37,930 nucleotides of DNA from a virus. Lineage: Duplodnaviria > Caudoviricetes. A model generated the notes under the pieces. That model saw only the letters and a program-made list of their open reading frames with translations. It had not been told where the DNA came from and searched no databases. Numbering within the stretch: position 1 is the stretch's first letter; every line of letters begins with the position of its first letter. Below are positions 28,303 to 37,930 of this stretch, piece by piece. The DNA lies in IMG/VR virus record IMGVR_UViG_3300025848_000092, positions 1-37,930 of that record. One strand, given 5' to 3'. A program made the translations under genes and the position numbers.

Positions 28303-29027
28303 TGATCCTCATCGATGGTGACATCATCTGCTACCGTACCGTGTTCTCGAAAGAGGCCGAGTCGGTAGCAGACTTGCTCACCATCGCTGACACCTATGTC
28401 AGGAACATCGTTAATAAGACCGCAACGGCAGGTAACGATGACTACAAGGTGTTTCTGACCGGCAAGGGGAACTACCGCAACACCCTTGCCACCACAGCCC
28501 CCTACAAGGGCAACAGGCCAAAAGAAAAGCCTGAGCATCTTGACACTGTGCGTAGCCACCTGCGTGACAGACACCCCTCTGTAGTCTCCTCTGGCGAGGA
28601 AGCAGACGATCTAATCGCCATAGAGGCTACAGAGCGTGGTGCTAACTGCGTCATCTGTTCAATCGACAAGGACTTGGATCAGATACCTGGTAAGCACTAT
28701 AACTTTGTCAAAGACATCCACTACACCGTCACCCCTTGGAAAGGCTTGGTATTCTTCTACAGCCAGATACTCACAGGGGACAGGGTAGACAATGTCATAG
28801 GCATCAGAGGCATAGGGCCAGCCAAGGCTATGAAGGCCCTAGCTGAGTGTAAGACAGAGCTACAGTTGTTTCAGAAGTGTGTTGAGATGTACGAAGGCGA
28901 CACTGCCAGAGTTATTGAGAACGGGAAGCTACTATGGCTAAGGCGGTACGAGAGTGAGATATGGATACCCCCTACGAATACCGAGGCCCAAGGCAGTGAA
29001 GAAAAGAAGCAAGCAGAAGCCACCTAA
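28302..29027 (+). CDS. 5'-3' exonuclease (T7 gp6-like)
   Basis: LIDGDII, YKGNR, EADDL, SIDKDLDQIPG, GDRVDNVIGIRGIG. Confidence 0.95.
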   Translation: MILIDGDIICYRTVFSKEAESVADLLTIADTYVRNIVNKTATAGNDDYKVFLTGKGNYRNTLATTAPYKGNRPKEKPEHLDTVRSHLRDRHPSVVSSGEEADDLIAIEATERGANCVICSIDKDLDQIPGKHYNFVKDIHYTVTPWKGLVFFYSQILTGDRVDNVIGIRGIGPAKAMKALAECKTELQLFQKCVEMYEGDTARVIENGKLLWLRRYESEIWIPPTNTEAQGSEEKKQAEAT

Positions 29028-29418
29028 GGGCTATGACTCATGGTTTGAGTATGAGCTACACCAGCGCCAGCTAAGGGCCTGTAAGTGCCATACGGAGACG
29101 GTAGAGTACACTCAGGTAAAGACCTATCATCCTGACTTCATCTACCGCGATAACAGAGTCAAAGGAGGCTGGACAGTCTTCATAGAAGCCAAGGGACGCT
29201 TCAGGGACAGAGGCGAGGCTAGGAAGTACATTGATGTAAAGCAGGGGCTGGATAAGAACGAAGAACTTGTGTTCATCTTCTGGAATGCTCAGACACCAAT
29301 GCCGGGGGCAAGGAAGCGCGTAGATGGTTCTCGGCTGACGCATGGTGACTGGGCAGTCCTTAACGGCTTCAGATACTTCACTGAAGACACCATACCTGCA
29401 TCATGGGGAATTAAATGA
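28954..29418 (+). CDS. Endonuclease I / Holliday junction resolvase (T7 gp3-like)
   Basis: YDSWFE..YHPDF..IEAKGRF, a PD-(D/E)XK motif. Start uncertain. Confidence 0.85.
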   Translation: MRYGYPLRIPRPKAVKKRSKQKPPKGYDSWFEYELHQRQLRACKCHTETVEYTQVKTYHPDFIYRDNRVKGGWTVFIEAKGRFRDRGEARKYIDVKQGLDKNEELVFIFWNAQTPMPGARKRVDGSRLTHGDWAVLNGFRYFTEDTIPASWGIK

Positions 29419-30179
29419 GAATACTTGTTATTCCAGACACTCAAGTAAAGCCTGAAGTGCCTTTGGATCATCTTACTTGGGCAGGGCAGTATGCAGTAGA
29501 GAAGTATCCTGATGTCATTGTCTTCATTGGTGACCACTGGGATATGCCTAGCCTAAGTAGCTACGACAAGGGTAAGAAGTCCTTTGAAGGCAGGCGATAC
29601 ACCAAGGACATCGAAGCTGGCAGACTGGGGATGGCTAAGTTCATGGCCCCTATCATTCAAGAGCAGGAGCGCCAGCGCACTAACAAGCACAAGGTATGGA
29701 GGCCTCGGCTGATCTTCTGCATAGGCAACCATGAGGAGAGGATTGAAAGAGCCATCAACACGGATGCCATGCTGGAAGGCATGATGGGCTATCAGGACTT
29801 TGGCCTAGAGCAGTGGGGCTTTGAGGTGTATGACTTCCTTGAGGTCTTTGTCATCAATGGTGTTGCCTTCAGTCATTACTTCCCCTCCGGTGCCATGCTG
29901 AGACCCGTCACCAGTGCTAAGGCTCTCTTGACTAAGAAGCATATGAGTTGCATCATGGGCCATGTACAGGACAGGGACATAGCCTACGGACGCAGGGCAG
30001 ATGGTAAGGGGATGACGGCATTGTTTGCTGGTATCTTCTACCAACATGAGGAAGACTACCTCGGCAACCAAGGGAACGGTAGCTGGCGGGGTATCTGGAT
30101 GCTTAACGATGTAAGGGACGGAGCCTTCGATGAGATGCCCGTCAGCCTTAACTACCTGAGAAAGAAATACGGAGAGTAA
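29415..30179 (+). CDS. Calcineurin-like metallophosphoesterase
   Basis: IPDTQ, GDHWD, GNHE, FSH and GH motifs. Confidence 0.9.
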   Translation: MRILVIPDTQVKPEVPLDHLTWAGQYAVEKYPDVIVFIGDHWDMPSLSSYDKGKKSFEGRRYTKDIEAGRLGMAKFMAPIIQEQERQRTNKHKVWRPRLIFCIGNHEERIERAINTDAMLEGMMGYQDFGLEQWGFEVYDFLEVFVINGVAFSHYFPSGAMLRPVTSAKALLTKKHMSCIMGHVQDRDIAYGRRADGKGMTALFAGIFYQHEEDYLGNQGNGSWRGIWMLNDVRDGAFDEMPVSLNYLRKKYGE

Positions 30180-30180
30180 T

Positions 30181-30504
30181 ATGCCTGGTACAGCAGAGGA
30201 GTGGAATGCTTTGAGGAATGACCAGTACAGCGAGCGTAGGCTGCCTCGCTTTGTGGATAACACTATGGCAACAACGGTGAAGGTAGATGAGGTGAATCAC
30301 CCACCCCACTACAACAACGGCAAGGTGGAGTGCATCGAAGCTATTGAGGCTTCAATGTCTCCACAAGAGTTTAAAGGATATTTGAAAGGTAATGCCCTTA
30401 AGTATCTCTGGCGATACAACTACAAGGGCAAACCTCAGCAGGACTTAAACAAAGCACAGTGGTACTTGAACAAGCTCTTAGAAGTAATGAAATCCCCCTC
30501 CTGA
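30181..30504 (+). CDS. DUF3310/SaV-like protein
   Basis: VNHPPHY..ECIEAI..KGNALKYLWRY..KG..DLNKAQWYL. Confidence 0.9.
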   Translation: MPGTAEEWNALRNDQYSERRLPRFVDNTMATTVKVDEVNHPPHYNNGKVECIEAIEASMSPQEFKGYLKGNALKYLWRYNYKGKPQQDLNKAQWYLNKLLEVMKSPS

Positions 30505-30549
30505 GCTGACCTACAATAAGACATCAATAGCTCTTGTAGCTTGCCTCCG

Positions 30550-30585
30550 CCCTGCATAGTCCGCCCCTACTATGCAGGGTTTTTT
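30550..30585 (+). terminator. Rho-independent terminator at convergence of the two arms
   Basis: 11-bp perfect stem CCCTGCATAGT / ACTATGCAGGG, 8-nt loop, followed by T6. Confidence 0.9.
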
Positions 30586-32395
30586 ATTGCCCTGCTCCTT
30601 CTACCGCCTGTGCTGTGTTCTGCATTGCTTCCAAGGCTTGGGCAAAAGCCACAGCATCAGACACCAAGGCACTAGGGATCGGGGGCTTCTCAGCTAACTT
30701 ACTAAGGTCTACCCCTGAGTTACGGAACAACACTGCCAATTCAGCAGGGTTCCTCTCACTCGGCCTAGTCCTAGCCAAGTAGGTACGCGCTATGACTTGG
30801 GCATTAGGGCCAGCCCGCATGATAGCTCTCATTGCATTGGCATCGTTCTTGAAGAACTGAGAGGCGATTACCTTGGAAGCCTCTGCTATGGCCTTGGTAC
30901 CTACCACTCCAGAGAAAAACGCCATAGCTTGAGGTGTTGAATAACCATAAGCAGCAGCACCAGCAGTGCCCAGTAAGGTTGCTTTGATATAGTTATCAGA
31001 GGATATACCTAAGTTACGGATAGCTTCAAAGGTTCTACGGACAGAGCCACCCTGTAGCACTGCCTGTATCTGCTTTCTCTCATCATCTGAGAATTGAGTA
31101 GCATACTTAGGATCGCGTAAGAGGTTTCTCAGGTTGTCATTCAATACCTTGTTATAGTTCTGCCCTTCAGCCCCCAGCGAAGCTACGTTGGCATCAGAGA
31201 AGGCATCGTCAATAATCTCTGCCGACTTCGCCCTCCGCCACAAGGCTCTGGCATTGAGCAGCGTCCTTGAAATAGCATTCTTATCCTCTGTGCCCATTGT
31301 AGGGGATGGTAGTGCACGGCCACCAGAAGCCTGCACTGCCGCTACGTCATCGACGGAAGGATTCAATAGGAAGTTATCTACAGCATCTCTAAGTTGCCGA
31401 GCTATCCTTGCTTCGTTGTCAGTGCCTGATGCTATGTCAGCAAAGGCAGATCGTGCCTTGTCCAACACGGAGAAAGAAGTACCGTTAAACTCTCCAGGCT
31501 CTCCTAGCAGCTTGAGAATCTTTAAGGTCTGTGAGCCAAGGGTTGTCTCTCCCCGCAGGGTTGTCAGGCCCTCTGCTGTAACTATGTTCTGAATGTCATC
31601 AACTATACGCTTGGTAGCGGCTTCATTAAACACAATCCCCAAGTCTTCCACCTGCTGGTACAAGGCACGTGATGCTCCCCGTATCTCATTAACAGTCGGC
31701 ACAGCACCCGGCTTTGTGATGAAAGCATTAACTCTATTTGTCAGTCTGTTCAACACAGGCGCCGCTGCTACTGGGGCACCTAAGCCTGCCAAGCTCCGCA
31801 CTGCCTGAGCAGTGTTTGGCGAGGCACCTAAGTCTTCAGCCGCAGCGCCAGCTGCTTCTGATGATGTTCCTGCTATGAAACCACCAAGGACATCATCTGC
31901 TGGTTTAGAGGAGCCTAACTGCCTCAGTACTCCACGGAAGGCAGACTCCCCCGCCCTAGCAGCATCGTCCAACAGTGAGGACACAAAGGTTCTACCGGCC
32001 TGCCCTACAGACAAGGAAGACATGGCAGTTTCTCCCCCTAGCCCTATGATCCTCCCCAAGGTGTCAGGGGCATAGGTGCCTACCGGGGCCACCATCGAAC
32101 TAGCAGACATAGCAGGCTTACCAGTCGCTAATTGATAACCCACAGCAACCGGAGACATGATGGTGTCTACGATACTGGCTATGGGCCTCGCCAGTCCTGC
32201 TGCCAGTTCATTGCCATATTGCAGCATGGTAGGACTAGGCGGTGGTGTCGGCCTCGTAGGTACAGGGGGCACATCAGCGGCTGGTGTAGCTACACTCGCA
32301 AACAGTTGCTCAATATCAGCTTCTGTTGGAGGAGTCTCCCCACTAACCACCATTGTCTTTCCAGTGGTCTTATCGGTAATGCGGTACTTAGCCAT
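30584..32395 (-). CDS. Internal virion (ejection) protein
   Basis: 603 aa, Ala-rich and helical, with glycine-rich hydrophobic segments. Last late gene. Confidence 0.65.
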   Translation of the reverse strand: MAKYRITDKTTGKTMVVSGETPPTEADIEQLFASVATPAADVPPVPTRPTPPPSPTMLQYGNELAAGLARPIASIVDTIMSPVAVGYQLATGKPAMSASSMVAPVGTYAPDTLGRIIGLGGETAMSSLSVGQAGRTFVSSLLDDAARAGESAFRGVLRQLGSSKPADDVLGGFIAGTSSEAAGAAAEDLGASPNTAQAVRSLAGLGAPVAAAPVLNRLTNRVNAFITKPGAVPTVNEIRGASRALYQQVEDLGIVFNEAATKRIVDDIQNIVTAEGLTTLRGETTLGSQTLKILKLLGEPGEFNGTSFSVLDKARSAFADIASGTDNEARIARQLRDAVDNFLLNPSVDDVAAVQASGGRALPSPTMGTEDKNAISRTLLNARALWRRAKSAEIIDDAFSDANVASLGAEGQNYNKVLNDNLRNLLRDPKYATQFSDDERKQIQAVLQGGSVRRTFEAIRNLGISSDNYIKATLLGTAGAAAYGYSTPQAMAFFSGVVGTKAIAEASKVIASQFFKNDANAMRAIMRAGPNAQVIARTYLARTRPSERNPAELAVLFRNSGVDLSKLAEKPPIPSALVSDAVAFAQALEAMQNTAQAVEGAGQ

Positions 32396-33798
32396 TATTG
32401 ATTGACCTCTTCAACAGTGTACCTACCGCTGGATGTCTGCACAGAAGTCGGTCTATTGATGCCAATGTAATCTTCAATGGTCATCTCACCACCATCCTTG
32501 TTAAGGATGTTAACGTAGTCTTCCCGCAGCTTGGTGAGGTTCTCTACAAACTGTCCTTCAGTCTGTGCAAGGCTAAGGCTACGCACCCTGTCCTCAAGCC
32601 GCTTCAGTTCCATCTGAGTAAGCTGCCCAAAGCCTGAAGAACCATTGGCTGAGTTTCTTCGTGCCTCAAACAAAGCATCGATACCAAGGTTTGCTTTCAG
32701 GGTATCAATACCGACTCGCTGATCCCAATAGGTTGTTCCTGGCACAAACCCAAGCAGTGCCCCTTTAGCACCTGCGGTGCTCTTACCACTGTAAATGTCT
32801 TTAAGGATGTTATCGGAAATATCAATGAAGTTCTCAGCATTCCGCCGAGCCGTCTGGCGTGACCCATTAGCGGCTGCGATAGCCTGACTAGCTTCCCGTC
32901 GAGGCTCACCAGAGACAGGGTAGAGTACCGAGACACCATTAACAGTTCTCCACTCCTCCCCAGCACGGGCCTTAGGCTTTAGGAGTGCCAAGGCTGCTTC
33001 CTTCTCTTGAGGTGTGGCAGCTTGTCTGTAGGCGTTATTGGCCCTTCCTATAGATTGTGGATCATACTGGTCTGCATCAAAGCCAGGGAGGGCTTCAGCG
33101 ACTGTCGGAGCGGCTAGTGCGGCTCCGCCAGTGGTCTTAGCAGCATCTGCGGGGCTAGCGCCTACAGCCCATGTACCAGTCTGGTTATCCCATACAGCTT
33201 GGTTACCTGCCATACTGAAGCGGCCTTCTGAGGAAGGGTAGGCTAACTTCAGAAGGTCGGCAGTCTTTCCATCAAAGCCACCACTAGCCGCAATAGCTGC
33301 CAAGTCTGTTTTCTGTTGGTCATTCAAAGTAGGGGAATTAACAATCAAGCTGGAATAACCCTGCCGCATACTCTGTTGCTGGGCCGCCTGTTGATTAGCC
33401 AATTGCTGTTGTTTAGCAAGCTCTTGTTCTTCCATCTTACGTTGACTTGCCAGCATCGAGAACTGCATAGCCTCTGGTGTCCTACCCACCGCAGAGGCCG
33501 CTGCTGCCAGCTTAGCCAAGCTATCAGAAGTATTCATAAAGTCAGGCTGTGCCGACAACTGCTGCACCGCCTGTGTGTAGGCTTCGTTGCCAGTCATAGC
33601 CGCTGGCTGTCCTCTGAGACCTCCTATAAGGCCCCTGAACTGCTGCCCGAACATCTGGGATAGCTGGGGAGCCTGCATAGCTGACACAGCAGCCATAGGG
33701 TTACGAGAGGATAGAGCAGTCATGATGTCTGCCGGTGCTGGGCCTTGCTGGGGCTGGAGCAGGTTCTGCAACAGTCCTTGAACCATTTCATTAGCCAT
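32395..33798 (-). CDS. Internal virion (ejection) protein
   Basis: 467 aa, Gln/Ala rich, SGFGQLTQMEL..L motif near the C-terminus. Confidence 0.65.
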   Translation of the reverse strand: MANEMVQGLLQNLLQPQQGPAPADIMTALSSRNPMAAVSAMQAPQLSQMFGQQFRGLIGGLRGQPAAMTGNEAYTQAVQQLSAQPDFMNTSDSLAKLAAAASAVGRTPEAMQFSMLASQRKMEEQELAKQQQLANQQAAQQQSMRQGYSSLIVNSPTLNDQQKTDLAAIAASGGFDGKTADLLKLAYPSSEGRFSMAGNQAVWDNQTGTWAVGASPADAAKTTGGAALAAPTVAEALPGFDADQYDPQSIGRANNAYRQAATPQEKEAALALLKPKARAGEEWRTVNGVSVLYPVSGEPRREASQAIAAANGSRQTARRNAENFIDISDNILKDIYSGKSTAGAKGALLGFVPGTTYWDQRVGIDTLKANLGIDALFEARRNSANGSSGFGQLTQMELKRLEDRVRSLSLAQTEGQFVENLTKLREDYVNILNKDGGEMTIEDYIGINRPTSVQTSSGRYTVEEVNQ

Positions 33799-33810
33799 TA
33801 TCTATGCCTC

Positions 33811-34659
33811 TTATTTAAACAGACTACCGAGAAGCCCACCGATCAGGCTAGCACCTTGGTTAACAACACCGTTGGTAACAGAGTATTGAGGAGCAAAGAG
33901 ACCCTGTAGGGCCTGCTGTAAGTATATCTGACGGAGCGCATTAGCCTGCTGCGAGGACTGCAACTGAGCCTCTGCTGCTGCCTGGGCAAGCTCAGCACCC
34001 GTAACAGCCTGCTGAGTCTGCATACGTTGAGCCAGTTCCATCGGGTTGACAGCAACACCCAAGGCTGCCAATGCCTGCTGCTGGGGTAGGAAGGACTGTC
34101 CGAGCATACCAGCACCTATGTTATAGGCTTGTGCCTGCTCTCCGATAGCCTGCTGGCGTCCTGTAAGAGCATTCATCATCCTTTGTTCTTCTAGGGCCTT
34201 GTTGAAGGCTAGAAGCTCAGGAGTACCACCAAAGGCTGCTGTGCTTACGTTGCCTCGGCCTTGCTGGAACAATCGATTCTCCAAGCTAAGGTAGTCCCTC
34301 TCCCTGCTAGGGGCTGCTGCGGCTTCCAAGGCTGCTGTGATCTCTGCTGCCCTAGTCTGTAGGGGTGCTGTGGCTGTGCCAAACAAAGAGCCTGCACCAG
34401 TCCTCAGTTGGTTCTGGAGAGCCTCTAGCTCTGGTGTAATCCCTACGGTAGTGCCGGTAGGGCCTGCGGTAGTGGTGCCAGTGCCTGTAGTGACCGTGTA
34501 GGGTCGGAACTGAAGATCAGACCGCAGTTGTCCTGCAAGGTTTGTCAGTTGATTAGCAGCGGCTGTGCCCGCCTGCTCAGTCTCCCTGACACCATAGTTA
34601 GCCAAGGCACCTGTGGCACCTACGCCAAGCAGACCAGATAGAATATCCGAAAGAGCCAT
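33811..34659 (-). CDS. Internal virion (pilot/ejection) protein
   Basis: 282 aa with hydrophobic Gly-rich termini and a Gln/Ala helical core. Confidence 0.65.
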   Translation of the reverse strand: MALSDILSGLLGVGATGALANYGVRETEQAGTAAANQLTNLAGQLRSDLQFRPYTVTTGTGTTTAGPTGTTVGITPELEALQNQLRTGAGSLFGTATAPLQTRAAEITAALEAAAAPSRERDYLSLENRLFQQGRGNVSTAAFGGTPELLAFNKALEEQRMMNALTGRQQAIGEQAQAYNIGAGMLGQSFLPQQQALAALGVAVNPMELAQRMQTQQAVTGAELAQAAAEAQLQSSQQANALRQIYLQQALQGLFAPQYSVTNGVVNQGASLIGGLLGSLFK

Positions 34660-34892
34660 TAGTACGTCCCCCCATCAATGGTGCCAGCCGTCAGTGTTCC
34701 AGAGACGTTGACAGTAGTAGCAGTCACCGTACCTGTGAAGGTAGGACTAGCCTTATCTGATTTACTATTCACCGCTGTTTCGATGTTATCGAACTCAGTA
34801 TTGATTTCAGTACCTTTAACCACTTTGGCAGGGTTCCCTGGTGAGAGGGCGTCCTTGGTCGCAAAGTTGGTTGTCTTGGTATAAGAACTCAT
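34659..34892 (-). CDS. Small tail-associated protein
   Basis: 77 aa, YTKTTNFATKD..EINTEFDNI..SPTFTG..IDGGTY. Confidence 0.65.
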   Translation of the reverse strand: MSSYTKTTNFATKDALSPGNPAKVVKGTEINTEFDNIETAVNSKSDKASPTFTGTVTATTVNVSGTLTAGTIDGGTY

Positions 34893-36409
34893 ATCAGTCT
34901 CCCAATAAGCGCCAAGATGTCCATCTTTTGAATAGAGAACAAGTTATCGTTAATGATGGCTTGAATGCCAACAGTTACTACAGTGCCAGAACCACTGCCT
35001 TGTACAGAGGGCCTGTTAATAAGAATACCTGGTGTATATTCACCAACTCCAAACTCATCTACGTTATATTCAGCAATATCGCCAACACCAAAGGTAAATG
35101 TTCGTTGTTTATAAGAGTAAGTATAATCATAACCCCAGTTCAGAGTGGTCTGTGTGTCTGATCCACCAATAATGGTCAGGGTGAAGTTCTTTAGAAACTT
35201 CAGATTGGCAGCATTACCAAAGTCCAACGGAATGCTGAAATACTCCATCAGGTATGTGGTGTCATCATCCAAGAATCCTTGGTACTGGCTAATCCCTTCA
35301 GGATGTCCAAAGTAGATGGTGCCATTCTTCCTGCGGATCATGCACAAAGGTTCAATGTGAGACCATGTAGTGGCCCTGTGTGCCCCATCCTGCAACGGTG
35401 CCCTCATGTCAAAACAATAGACAATGTTATTAACAGGGAAGGTTACGATGTAGAAGGCTTCTTCAGGGCTGTATAGTGACCTGATGTTCCCAGTTTCAGT
35501 CGGGATGAGAGAGGTCAAGTCACTACGGACATTCTTGCTAATGTCTTTGATAGGTGCCGACTTCTCTTGGATAACCCTACCAAGCGACATAACACCTTGG
35601 GCACTCAGGAAGATAATATCACCACCAGTGTTCTGTACAGAGTCTCTGGCTATGCAGCCAATGTTACTGATGGCATCCTGCAACACCATCGTCGCTGGGT
35701 CATTGGCACCAGAATAGATGAGGATAGAGTTCTTACCAAAGATGTACAGGAAGCCATTGTGAGCCGCTAGAGCTACAATCTCATCATACCCTGTAGGCCA
35801 GTACTCACTGACATTGATAGAGCCAGCAGAACCTGTATTCCACTTAGAACCCAATAGTAGGTCTGACCAATACACCGTAGACTTGTCAGAGGGCAGGTTA
35901 GCCACCCAGAGCCTGCCGTAGGCTGCAATGCCTTCGTTGCCTTCAGGAGGCGTACCAGCGGCTCCAGAGACACTAGACATCTTGACAATAGTGCCTGTGC
36001 TTTCTCGGTACACAAGTGGCTCATAATCATACTGGAAGAAGTACACAGCATTGTTAAAGGAAACTATCTTCCAATTGTTAGCAGTGATTGTGTAGCTACC
36101 AGGCGTGAGGTCAGTCAGTGTGGTAGTACCGGAGAATATCTTATTGTTACCAGCACTAAAGAACTTCGATGAGCCATCACCCTCAATATGTTCGTGCAGG
36201 GCCTCAATGCCAGCACTGGTGCCCAACGGGGTAGCATTAGTAGTGATATAAGAATATCCCCTCCTAGCCCCTATACGGCCATACTGGTCAATAACACAGT
36301 TATCAGCTATTGAAGCAAAGGCGGGATTCAGGCCAATAGGAGAGTCTTGGGTGTTGATCCCAAAGAACCCCGGCGCTGATATGGTAATTGTCTGTAAGGG
36401 CTGCGCCAT
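34889..36409 (-). CDS. Tail nozzle / stabilisation protein (T7 gp12 or P22 gp10-like)
   Basis: 506 aa, beta-rich: GINTQDSP..ADNCVID..GARRG, YGRLW, VYWSD, IGCIARDSV, IFLS..GVMSL. Confidence 0.8.
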   Translation of the reverse strand: MAQPLQTITISAPGFFGINTQDSPIGLNPAFASIADNCVIDQYGRIGARRGYSYITTNATPLGTSAGIEALHEHIEGDGSSKFFSAGNNKIFSGTTTLTDLTPGSYTITANNWKIVSFNNAVYFFQYDYEPLVYRESTGTIVKMSSVSGAAGTPPEGNEGIAAYGRLWVANLPSDKSTVYWSDLLLGSKWNTGSAGSINVSEYWPTGYDEIVALAAHNGFLYIFGKNSILIYSGANDPATMVLQDAISNIGCIARDSVQNTGGDIIFLSAQGVMSLGRVIQEKSAPIKDISKNVRSDLTSLIPTETGNIRSLYSPEEAFYIVTFPVNNIVYCFDMRAPLQDGAHRATTWSHIEPLCMIRRKNGTIYFGHPEGISQYQGFLDDDTTYLMEYFSIPLDFGNAANLKFLKNFTLTIIGGSDTQTTLNWGYDYTYSYKQRTFTFGVGDIAEYNVDEFGVGEYTPGILINRPSVQGSGSGTVVTVGIQAIINDNLFSIQKMDILALIGRLI

Positions 36410-37056
36410 TACACAGGTCTCCAGAGAAGCTCTGCTTGGTACTTATTAGCTTCCAAGGCTACAGCGTCTGCCAAGGCTCTATCGGCTAGGCCAAATATCT
36501 CCTGTGCGGCAGTGCCCCCGGTCTCGCCCCGCTCCCTTGTTGCCATAGCCCATGCGTACATCACAATAGGTCGGAAGGGTATGGCAGTGGTATCAGTGGC
36601 ATCCTCCAACTCACCTTCCCTGATGACCATGTCGAACTTCAGGGTATAAGTAGCGTCAGGGGTAGGATACACAATGATGTTCTGATCCCCATTGCTGTCC
36701 AAGCCATTGAGACTAAAGTATTCAGGTGAAGAAGAAGCTGCTGTGTTCAGATTGATTAAGTTATTCATCTCATTCTGAGTTAACAGCTTCAGTCGGAAGT
36801 TGCTGGTATCGTTATAAGCATCTAAGAACTTATAGTCCCCACCAGAGCCAGTGATAGTATAGGTGTTATCACCAGAGTAGGCAGTGATAGTCTTAGTAGT
36901 GCGGAGGGCAGCCCAGTCCCAAGCAGACTCTACAATGCTCTTGGCATCATTCACCAAGTAACCAACCAACTGTGCATAATCTGTGTCAGTAGGTGTAGCT
37001 ACTTGAGTCTCACGGAGCCTGATAAGCACCTTGTTAATCAGGTCAAGATATGTCAT
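36409..37056 (-). CDS. Head-tail adaptor (tail tubular protein A-like)
   Basis: [31 protein letters not shown]. Upstream of the nozzle gene. Confidence 0.8.
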   Translation of the reverse strand: MTYLDLINKVLIRLRETQVATPTDTDYAQLVGYLVNDAKSIVESAWDWAALRTTKTITAYSGDNTYTITGSGGDYKFLDAYNDTSNFRLKLLTQNEMNNLINLNTAASSSPEYFSLNGLDSNGDQNIIVYPTPDATYTLKFDMVIREGELEDATDTTAIPFRPIVMYAWAMATRERGETGGTAAQEIFGLADRALADAVALEANKYQAELLWRPV

Positions 37057-37930
37057 CGAAACATCCCTCTATTGCCGTAGCTTAACAAGTTACCAACTAA
37101 GCTGTATTCCTGCTGGAACTTAAATAGGTCAGCACCAAACAAGCCATCGGTAGTGCGAGTAGGATTTAGATTACCTATCCCTGTGCCAGCTCCTGTGCCT
37201 GTACCAGTGCCCCTGCCAGTACCGCCGCCAGTGCCACCACCAGTCCCTACACCAGTACCAGCTGTTGCCGTAGTCCCTGTAGTCCCTGTGCCTGCGGTGG
37301 TTGCAGTGCCTGTAGTACCGCCAGTGCCGCCAGTACCGCCAGTGCCTGTTGTGACTGTAGTACCTGCGGTGCCGCCAGTGCCTGCTGTGCTTCCAGTACC
37401 GCCTGTACCTCCGGTGCCTCCAGTTCCTCCGGTGCCACCTGTGCCTCCGGTAGTTGCAGTGCCGCCAGTTGCTGTAGTGGCTGATGGGAACCTAGCTTCT
37501 ATCCTTGCATTAAGAATATCAGCAGGGACATTAGCAGCCTCTCCAACCTGCCTAGCCTGCTCTTTAGTGGCATTAGGGTTGAAGATTAACCATTCATCAA
37601 TGATCTTATTCCAGTCTGTAGGCTGTTGTGTCTCAGCTACTGTTCCCGGTGTTGGTGTCGTAGGCCACTTAGTAAAGTCAGGCTTCTTACCATTAGGATT
37701 CCATACTTCAGCACCATCGCTATACACAAGCACACTAGACCCGTCAGGGTTATTGTGTATTCTGACTAGTTCAGCATCAGGGCTAATGATCTTCTCGTTA
37801 GGTCGGATATATTCATTACCAGTAGTCGGAATCTGCTGAGGCCCTGTAGCAGCCCCTCCGAGGTCACCAGCAGTGATTGTGGGTGCTTTAAGAAGGTCTG
37901 AATCACCTCCTACGATGGTTGTATCTACAG
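37053..37930 (-). CDS. Allele B (5'-truncated by window end) of the 32..1561 gene, with a Gly/Thr core instead of collagen
   Basis: Frame is open to the window end. Flanks are near-identical to allele A, while the core is GGT/GTG/AGT-rich without a long G-X-Y register. Confidence 0.85.
   Translation of the reverse strand, partial: VDTTIVGGDSDLLKAPTITAGDLGGAATGPQQIPTTGNEYIRPNEKIISPDAELVRIHNNPDGSSVLVYSDGAEVWNPNGKKPDFTKWPTTPTPGTVAETQQPTDWNKIIDEWLIFNPNATKEQARQVGEAANVPADILNARIEARFPSATTATGGTATTGGTGGTGGTGGTGGTGGTGSTAGTGGTAGTTVTTGTGGTGGTGGTTGTATTAGTGTTGTTATAGTGVGTGGGTGGGTGRGTGTGTGAGTGIGNLNPTRTTDGLFGADLFKFQQEYSLVGNLLSYGNRGMFR

Overview
Apparently complete genome (about 37,021 bp, circularly permuted) of a small lytic podovirus-type tailed phage. 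It has a T7-like replication module (primase-helicase, family A DNA polymerase, SSB, exonuclease, endonuclease) but no RNA polymerase, integrase, tRNA or CRISPR array that I can see. Early and replication genes run on the + strand (17504-30504). Packaging, head, tail-fibre, lysis, adaptor/nozzle and ejection genes run on the - strand (16426 down to 32, continuing through the junction from 37056 down to 30584). The two arms diverge from a regulatory region (16430-17500) and converge at a terminator near 30550. The contig ends overlap by about 910 bp, but only the first 127 bp are identical. The two ends carry two alleles of one virion-module gene, in which a collagen (Gly-X-Y) core is replaced by a non-collagen Gly/Thr core of the same length to within one codon. 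The same constant-variable-constant design recurs in two early paralog arrays and possibly in a tail fibre, with no reverse transcriptase present. Other highlights are a candidate sigma54 promoter with IHF-like and enhancer-like sites ahead of a Gp88-like Fe-S gene, a stand-alone proteasome/HslV-like Thr protease coupled to the endolysin, and a 34-bp element shared by the leaders of the late and replication operons. All family assignments come from motif recognition by eye; no database searches were run.
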